Of a DNA stretch of 64,000 nucleotides, positions 58,226 to 64,000 are shown one piece after another. Below the pieces are notes generated by a model that was not told where the DNA came from, did no database searches, and saw only the letters and a list, made by a program, of their open reading frames with translations. Position numbers and translations under genes: made by a program. Source of the DNA: a virus; the IMG/VR virus record IMGVR_UViG_3300032326_000865, positions 5,406 through 69,405 of that record; one strand, given 5' to 3'. Numbering within the stretch: position 1 is the first letter of the stretch; every line of letters begins with the position of its first letter.

Positions 58226-59164
58226 TCACTTGCTCTTTCGGAGCGGTTTAATCTCAATCGGTTGACCATTGTCCTTGCGCACGGTCAGGTTCTTAAGGTC
58301 GATGACAAGTCTTCCTGTTGGGATGCTGGAAGCATTTCCCATCAGTTCAAACCATTGATCTTCATTGAAGATGATGTATCGAACTTTGTTCTCCTTGTGC
58401 GCTTGAATCAGGTCTTCCGCTTGATTCTTGGAACGGATATTCCGAACAACTTGATCGTCCTCCATCTTTTTGATGATCGAACCCAAATTGCGAATATGCT
58501 TAGGACCAAGACCGAAGGTCTCCGCTTTTCTCAGTAGCAAATCCTGAGACTCCTTTGGAATCTTGATGAAGAATGCTTCTTTGTGATGCGAGTAAGGAAG
58601 ATTAAATCTCTTATCCTTGTAAGCTTCGTAAACCTTCTCTGCGGTGTAGATGGTATTGTAGCTCTTCTCGGTAAGCTCGACGACCTGAGAGGGGTCAAAT
58701 TCCTCACCGAAATGATTTCGAAGAGAGGAAATAATGGAGCCGAGCATCCAAGCAGATTTCTCATCAACAACGCCTCCAAGATCGCGAAGTTTCAGCACAT
58801 TCGAGACAACCTGATAAGCGTGAACCAGTTCAGGTGGCTTGTTTGGATTGATCGTACAAACCCCGTCTGGAGTGATAATGAACGAATCATCGTTCGACAT
58901 CGCACCCATGAGTTGGATGGCTGCACTCTCAACGATTTCATTTTTAACGATGGAGGATTCACTGGTAACTTCATAAAGGAAGTCACTAAGTCTGTCCTGA
59001 ATGGATTCAGGGTAGTCTTCCACGTTAATATCAATATCCAGCCTTCTGCGCTTTGAAATCACCTCAAGAACGACATCCAGAGGGAGGTCGTATTCTGAGG
59101 CGATGACCGGAATGTTTTCTTCCGTGAGGACGGAGCCTTGGTGGTATAGTGGTGTTTCGTGCAT
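58226..59164 (-). CDS. Putative DNA-binding regulator (LmbU-like HTH region)
   Basis: AWMLG...SYNT...V...R..LPYSHHKE pattern. Confidence 0.55.
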   Translation of the reverse strand: MHETPLYHQGSVLTEENIPVIASEYDLPLDVVLEVISKRRRLDIDINVEDYPESIQDRLSDFLYEVTSESSIVKNEIVESAAIQLMGAMSNDDSFIITPDGVCTINPNKPPELVHAYQVVSNVLKLRDLGGVVDEKSAWMLGSIISSLRNHFGEEFDPSQVVELTEKSYNTIYTAEKVYEAYKDKRFNLPYSHHKEAFFIKIPKESQDLLLRKAETFGLGPKHIRNLGSIIKKMEDDQVVRNIRSKNQAEDLIQAHKENKVRYIIFNEDQWFELMGNASSIPTGRLVIDLKNLTVRKDNGQPIEIKPLRKSK

Positions 59165-59221
59165 TTTGGTTAATCCCCCTTTCGGGGGGAAGTTTTAGCC
59201 TGTCTAATCGACCACTAGGGA

Positions 59222-60193
59222 TCAAGCAGAAAGAAGAGCTTCGCCCTGCTTGCGGAACTTTTCCCAAGTGGTGTCGAAGTTCGCTGCCACAAATCGCTTA
59301 ACCTGAGCACCAGTTCCCCATTCGGACTGGTAAAGCTGATTGTCGCTGTTGCGGCTAGATTCGTGGCTGTAGAACTCAGTAAGGCCTTGGAAGGCATCAA
59401 GACGAGTCCGACCACTGTTGCCCTTGCCGCCGTCAAAAAGTTCAATGATGCGAGCCGTGCGTTGGCGAATACCGTTGGTCAGATTGCCCGTATTGCGGCA
59501 CTCGAGACCAGTAATCCAAGCGCGAGCTTCATCACGGGAGCACGGGGTCTCATCAGCATTGGTCAGGAGGTGCTGGAAGTAAGCAGAGGTGCCAACAAAG
59601 GAATCAATGGCGTCAATCACCCGCTGGATATTAACGTCGATCAGTGCAGTGTGCTTTGCCTTACCAAGTACGTTACCAGACTGGAGGTTTGCAGCAAACG
59701 TATTGGCGCAAACCGTGCAGATGGTGGAGTAGCAGGCAGTAAGGGCGCAACTCTTGTCAAACGAGTCAAGGATGTTCACGTAGTCCTTAAACTCACGATC
59801 TTTGATTCGGAAGCCTTCAGTAACCTTGATGGTTGCGAACACCTTACCGCGATTGTCGGTGGTGCCAGCAGAAATCACTTCGTAAGGAGTCTCACCCATG
59901 CCCTGCTCAATCACCTTCCAAAACCCGTCAATAGAGGTAGGATGATAGGTAGAGCCATAAGGATCACCCACCGGAAGGTTGTCGTCAGTAGCCAGAAGGA
60001 TCTTCCAGTCTGGGTCTTCAATGATCCGCTCCTGCTCAAAGGGTCCACCCGGAACCTTGTAGCAAATAGGAGTTTCGCGCACCTCGAAAGGCATGCTGTT
60101 TTCTCGATTGATTACCGGGAACACCTTGGTAAGCCGATGCCAAGCTTGCTCTTTGCCTGCTTGAATGTCCCGATTAGTAAGTCCGTGTGCCAT
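59222..60193 (-). CDS. DUF932-family phage/plasmid protein
   Basis: AWHRL, GKVF, SFD, VCANT, KHT motifs. Confidence 0.85.
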   Translation of the reverse strand: MAHGLTNRDIQAGKEQAWHRLTKVFPVINRENSMPFEVRETPICYKVPGGPFEQERIIEDPDWKILLATDDNLPVGDPYGSTYHPTSIDGFWKVIEQGMGETPYEVISAGTTDNRGKVFATIKVTEGFRIKDREFKDYVNILDSFDKSCALTACYSTICTVCANTFAANLQSGNVLGKAKHTALIDVNIQRVIDAIDSFVGTSAYFQHLLTNADETPCSRDEARAWITGLECRNTGNLTNGIRQRTARIIELFDGGKGNSGRTRLDAFQGLTEFYSHESSRNSDNQLYQSEWGTGAQVKRFVAANFDTTWEKFRKQGEALLSA

Positions 60194-60255
60194 ATTGTTG
60201 TCCTTTCTTGTTTTGTTTTTGTTTTTCTTGAAGTTAGCAACTTCATTATTTGATC

Positions 60256-60270
60256 AAGCGCGAAGCGCTT
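60256..60270 (-). promoter_or_regulatory. Conserved hairpin motif, copy 5 (aagcgc-gaa-gcgctt)
   Basis: Between a terminator and the DUF932 start. Confidence 0.65.
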
Positions 60271-60280
60271 AATAAAAAGT

Positions 60281-60316
60281 AAAAAAGCAAGTAAACCCAA
60301 ATGGCCTACTTGCTTT
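60281..60316 (-). terminator. Intrinsic terminator
   Basis: aaagcaagta/tacttgcttt with a T tract on the minus strand. Confidence 0.65.
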
Positions 60317-60337
60317 AATTTGTTTTTTGGTTTTGGC

Positions 60338-60628
60338 TTAATTGAGTTCCGAAGATTTCAGCGCATTCCTGATGGTCTTTTCGTCCCGATTGAACGCCAT
60401 TGTAAGTTGTTTTCTTGTCAGTCCTTTTTCAGATGACATCCTAATAGCTAGGTTCCTAGCCTTTACTGTATCCGGGCGATATTTGGTTGGATTTAAAGCT
60501 TCCGATGGCTTGCATCCAAATTTCTTAGCTGCTTCCTTTAGTGCGCTTCTTACGATCTCTACGATTTCGGTTTGTCTCATTGCTGTCTTTTCGATCTTGT
60601 TCCTTTTGGAAAACTTAATTACATACAA
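60338..60628 (-). CDS. HTH protein (DnaA C-terminal-like)
   Basis: VKARNLAI...GLTRKQL..AFNRDEKTI. Confidence 0.7.
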   Translation of the reverse strand: MYVIKFSKRNKIEKTAMRQTEIVEIVRSALKEAAKKFGCKPSEALNPTKYRPDTVKARNLAIRMSSEKGLTRKQLTMAFNRDEKTIRNALKSSELN

Positions 60629-61008
60629 AGGAAATTACGATCAATATGAATTTCTGCATTTGGATGATTACGGCAAGCGCTCAGGTATCTTTTTAGCCAA
60701 GCTAAGAAGTTCTCGTAAGTGGACCACTTTTCTTCTGACTGAAGTGACTTGTAAAAATCTGGATCTTTTTCGAGAATCTCAATTCCACGCTCAAGATGAG
60801 GTGCAATATCGGAAGCCTTGCTTACACCAAAATTTTCAGGGTTCCAAATTACGTTGAAAACATTGGCAGCACCTGCCATTTTGATCGCGTCCGTACCAAG
60901 GTGCGCTTTATAAACATTAACTGGTTCGTTGATCACCAACTTGACGTCAAAACCATTGCTGTTTCTTTCTTTATTATCTTTCATGCTTCCACCTCCATTT
61001 AGAATCAA
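60619..61008 (-). CDS. Conserved phage protein
   Basis: IWNPE...DPDFY...WSTYENFL...ACRNHPNA family. Confidence 0.75.
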   Translation of the reverse strand: MILNGGGSMKDNKERNSNGFDVKLVINEPVNVYKAHLGTDAIKMAGAANVFNVIWNPENFGVSKASDIAPHLERGIEILEKDPDFYKSLQSEEKWSTYENFLAWLKRYLSACRNHPNAEIHIDRNFLCM

Positions 61009-61009
61009 A

Positions 61010-61372
61010 TCAGTTGTTTCCGTTCAGATTGCTAAAAATATAATCAATTCTTTCAAGTAACTGAGCGCACTGTTCTTTTGAGTCGTTTCTTTCTTTCAAA
61101 GCGCAAACCATATCAAGATCGTATTGATTAATGTCACTTTTTAAGTTGTCGATTTCTCGAGACATTCTTTCCATCTTACCAAGAAGCGAAGCTTCTCTTT
61201 CAGCGCTCATGCCAAGCAGTCGGGCCTGCTCTAGGTTTTCTGAGTGCGCCTCAATGAGTTCCAGCTCAAGATCTCTGGCGATTTTTGGGGGTACCCGCCA
61301 GATGATTCCACCGTTACCGTCTCGTAGTTTCTCAAGGGCGGCAGCTGTTCTAGGTGCGGTTTGGTCGCTCAT
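61010..61372 (-). CDS. TPRTD-family coiled-coil protein
   Basis: MSDQTAPRT...IARDLELEL. Confidence 0.75.
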   Translation of the reverse strand: MSDQTAPRTAAALEKLRDGNGGIIWRVPPKIARDLELELIEAHSENLEQARLLGMSAEREASLLGKMERMSREIDNLKSDINQYDLDMVCALKERNDSKEQCAQLLERIDYIFSNLNGNN

Positions 61373-61390
61373 TGCTTTTTGTATATAGAA

Positions 61391-61738
61391 TTAATTGCCT
61401 TTATGCCTAGCTTTTTTCCATGCGGCTATATCCGCATCAAGAATTGGCAAAATTTGGCAATCGCCGCATTCACAATTAGTATGCGGAACTTGCCCCATGT
61501 ATGTATTTCTGTGTTCAATTGTCCATGTTATCAGGTTGTCCGCCAGCGCTCGTTCGGCTTGAAGTTCTGATCTCATTTCGTCGGCTACGTCAGCAAGTTT
61601 TTATGACCAAGTTCGTAACTCTATAAGTTCTAGCTCAAGCATTCGTGCAAAATCCGCAGTATCTCGTTCAACACAATAAGCAAGTGACGCACGGGTCTTA
61701 ACGTATTCATCTGTCCTAGGTGTCGCTTGTTTACTCAT
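61391..61738 (-). pseudogene. TPRTD-family gene interrupted by an in-frame TAA at 61601-61603
   Basis: MSKQATPRTD...LRTWS*KLADVADEMRSELQAERALAD...AAWKKAR in a single frame. Confidence 0.7.
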
Positions 61739-62051
61739 TGCTTTCTTGTAGGTGATTTTGGTCATTTTTATCACGGACAAATTTCCACGCAACCAAAGCA
61801 TCATGAAGAGACCGTATAAACTTTTCAGTATGAGGAACGTCTTTCCAAGAAGGACTCTCCCATCTTTCAATTAGCTCTTGCGCTGACTTTGCCATTTTAT
61901 CCGCCAGCTCTCTCTCGGTTGCTAGCTCTGCGGAAAGCTCGCGTTCAAGTTCGGCGGCAAAACTCGCAGTGAGCTGCCATCGGTTCCAGTCGTCTTTATA
62001 TTTCTTGGAAATGCTGTCGCAAAAAGCATCTATTCTCGGTGTGTCACTCAT
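61731..62051 (-). CDS. TPRTD-family coiled-coil protein
   Basis: MSDTPRID...LERELSAELATERELAD...ALVAWK. Confidence 0.8.
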   Translation of the reverse strand: MSDTPRIDAFCDSISKKYKDDWNRWQLTASFAAELERELSAELATERELADKMAKSAQELIERWESPSWKDVPHTEKFIRSLHDALVAWKFVRDKNDQNHLQESNE

Positions 62052-62377
62052 GGCTTTTGTTCATCTCGGGAGGCTTTCCATGCTGCTAGGGCTGCAACGT
62101 GCGATGGCGTAAATGTCGGCTGCTGCTCGTCTCCCACCTCACCCTCATTGAACAGTAGGAGCGCGGCCAGCCTGTCCGCAAGCGCCCGCTCGGCTTCCAG
62201 CTTTGCGGAAAGCTCTCGGCAGACTGAGGACATGCGCCATTGATCTTTTGCTGCGGCAAGTTCCCGCTCAAGATCTCGGGCAAAATCGGCTCTTACAGCT
62301 TCTTTAGAAGGCGTCGGGATTATTCCCATTCCTCGAGAAATGAAAATAACGGCATCCGTTCTTGGTGTTTCACTCAT
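62048..62377 (-). CDS. TPRTD-family coiled-coil protein
   Basis: MSETPRTD...FARDLEREL...AERALADRLA...ALAAWK. Confidence 0.8.
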   Translation of the reverse strand: MSETPRTDAVIFISRGMGIIPTPSKEAVRADFARDLERELAAAKDQWRMSSVCRELSAKLEAERALADRLAALLLFNEGEVGDEQQPTFTPSHVAALAAWKASRDEQKP

Positions 62378-62380
62378 TTT

Positions 62381-62683
62381 CTAATGGAAGATAATATCTC
62401 GAACTCGATTCGCAAAAGCCTCTTTTGATTCCCAATCAGTGGTTACAACGTCCTGTAGATTCCTGATTTTGATTTTGAGCGCAAGGTTTTCTTCTCTTGA
62501 TGCTTTAAGTTTGCTTGCAAGATCGTAAGCAAATTCACAATTGGATTTGGCAATTAACTTTTCTCTGGCAAGCTCGCGTTCGAGCTCCTCCGATAAATCA
62601 TGCATTCTGTCGTAGCGGTCTTCTAAATTGGCCGCGCTGGTAGAGTTTACCCAATCCGTCCTCGGTGTCGGTCGGTCACTCAT
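62381..62683 (-). CDS. TPRTD-family coiled-coil protein
   Basis: MSDRPTPRTD...LERELA. Confidence 0.8.
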   Translation of the reverse strand: MSDRPTPRTDWVNSTSAANLEDRYDRMHDLSEELERELAREKLIAKSNCEFAYDLASKLKASREENLALKIKIRNLQDVVTTDWESKEAFANRVRDIIFH

Positions 62684-62966
62684 CGCCCACTTCTTTCGCG
62701 GTAATTAGTTTCCAGTCTGCTGCGGTTGGTGTAACACAATTGAAGTGCCATTGATCGCGAACGGCACCGCTTCTTAGATGTACCCAAATCTTCCCGGTCC
62801 ACGGCTCGGGGGCGACGCGGTAGTCAAATTCTTCAAAATCCCACGGCATGTGATACTTTTCCACCCAATCTGTAGGGTGTGAGTTTTTGCTTCGACATTC
62901 AATCTTCTTCCCGTCCGCGAATGCGAGCATCACGGCGGCAGCTTCTCTAACTTTTTCTGGTGTCAT
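62676..62966 (-). CDS. Conserved small phage protein
   Basis: VMLAFADGKKIE...WDF...DYRVAPEP family. Confidence 0.75.
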   Translation of the reverse strand: MTPEKVREAAAVMLAFADGKKIECRSKNSHPTDWVEKYHMPWDFEEFDYRVAPEPWTGKIWVHLRSGAVRDQWHFNCVTPTAADWKLITAKEVGDE

Positions 62967-62972
62967 TATCGT

Positions 62973-63311
62973 TTAATTTTCAGCAACCCAAAGACCAAGT
63001 ACTTCCAAAAAAGTTTTAGCACGCTCTTCTGCGCTTAGGCTAATTGCATCACTTCCATGCTCTTCAAACATGTTCGAAGTATAGCAAGAGTAGGCATGAG
63101 GATCTTCATTCATCAACGCCATTTCCGCTTCATGCATCGCGTCGAGCGAGTTGAGGTAGTTAGGAGCCCATGCTTCATCAAGTCCGGGTATTTTGTATCC
63201 CTTCCAGTTCTCAGGAGGAATCCCTGCCACGTCTCTTAATTGCTCCACATGACGACACCCCGACCACCCGCAAGCCTCCGCGATTGCGATTCGTTGTGTT
63301 TCAGGTGTCAT
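62973..63311 (-). CDS. Phage protein (QRIAIAEACGW family), copy 2
   Basis: MTPETQRIAIAEACGW...NYLNSLDAMHEAE...ERAKTFL. Confidence 0.8.
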   Translation of the reverse strand: MTPETQRIAIAEACGWSGCRHVEQLRDVAGIPPENWKGYKIPGLDEAWAPNYLNSLDAMHEAEMALMNEDPHAYSCYTSNMFEEHGSDAISLSAEERAKTFLEVLGLWVAEN

Positions 63312-63490
63312 GGCTTCCACTTAGTAAACTCTTTTTCCTCCTTTGCGATTCCGCTTTCAGTTTTGTAGGCGAATAGTGAAGCCATCGAAATCGCAATGCA
63401 CGGGATTGCAATAAACGCTTGAAAACCAAAAATCGCCAACAAGGCAGCAACAACAGCAAAAACACAGGAAACAAAAAGGTAAATTTTCAT
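63308..63490 (-). CDS. Small two-TM membrane protein (MKIYLFVSCV...)
   Basis: ATGA-coupled on both sides. Confidence 0.6.
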   Translation of the reverse strand: MKIYLFVSCVFAVVAALLAIFGFQAFIAIPCIAISMASLFAYKTESGIAKEEKEFTKWKP

Positions 63491-63777
63491 GGTTGTTCTC
63501 CGGTTGCTTTGGCGATGAGCGCGTCCACTTCTTCTAGGTGTGACAGGTCGCGGAATCCGCCTTGCGTTCTCAGGTTGATAAGCTCGCAAAGCAAATCCGG
63601 TGCTGCGGCGATTAGCAACGTGTTTGCTAGTCCTTCTTCTTCTGTACCGCCTTGAGAGTGGTAATAGCAAATAGATGCTGAAAAACGGTTGACTTGACGG
63701 CCATCTAGCTTATGTAGCGCGTATACAAGATTTCCTCCGATTGTAAGCCAAGGTCCGGGGGTGTGTTTTGTTTTCAT
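63487..63777 (-). CDS. Conserved phage protein (HTPGPW...LIAAAPDLL family)
   Basis: Motif match. Confidence 0.8.
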   Translation of the reverse strand: MKTKHTPGPWLTIGGNLVYALHKLDGRQVNRFSASICYYHSQGGTEEEGLANTLLIAAAPDLLCELINLRTQGGFRDLSHLEEVDALIAKATGEQP

Positions 63778-64000
63778 TTGCTTATCAAATACCCCACTCA
63801 GAAAGTTTAGCATCAATTGCCTTGACCGTTTCGGGGTCTTCTAGCAATCGAGTTGGACTTCGCTTTCCAATTCTTGAAAGTTCCTGCTTAATAGAATTTC
63901 GAACGCTTTTCTCGTCTCAGAAGACACCAGAAACCTTGCGGAATTCCTCAAACAACACAGAGAGTTCCGGCGATCTAACGTTACCAAAACGCACGTCACA

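Noticed and set aside
61182-61196. agaagc-gaa-gcttct hairpin, close to an N4 promoter hairpin
   Set aside because: It lies inside a coding region and its stem differs from the five intergenic copies; may be chance
61601-61603. Genome-wide stop codon reassignment
   Set aside because: Single case; long genes translate fully in the standard code and end in TAA, TGA or TAG; no suppressor tRNA seen
1-64000. Integrase, reverse transcriptase/DGR, DNA polymerase or Cas genes
   Set aside because: No diagnostic motifs recognised in the window; they could lie outside it

Overview
The window is a large part of a tailed dsDNA phage genome, probably podovirus-like, and is cut mid-gene at both edges. A + strand late block (13.4-52.4 kb) holds TerL, a tRNA-Met(CAT), portal, scaffold, major capsid, small basic proteins, a tail fibre, lysis genes, two glycosyltransferases and three putative ejection proteins, one of 5085 aa. 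Minus-strand early/replication blocks (1-13.1 kb and 52.4-64 kb) hold a GHKL ATPase, MazG, HNH, DnaB, ERF, DUF932 and many small paralogous ORFs. I saw no DNA polymerase or integrase. The strongest signal is a GC-rich island (about 2.74-5.76 kb) with six integron attC-like sites whose R' boxes each match the next site's R'' box. Five of the cassettes carry phage-type genes antisense to the attC orientation, and several stop/start junctions lie inside the attC loops. A second signal is a conserved hairpin, CAAGCSC-GAA-GSGCT, upstream of five minus-strand genes; it resembles N4-type template-strand hairpin promoters. Family names come from motif recognition by eye, not database searches.
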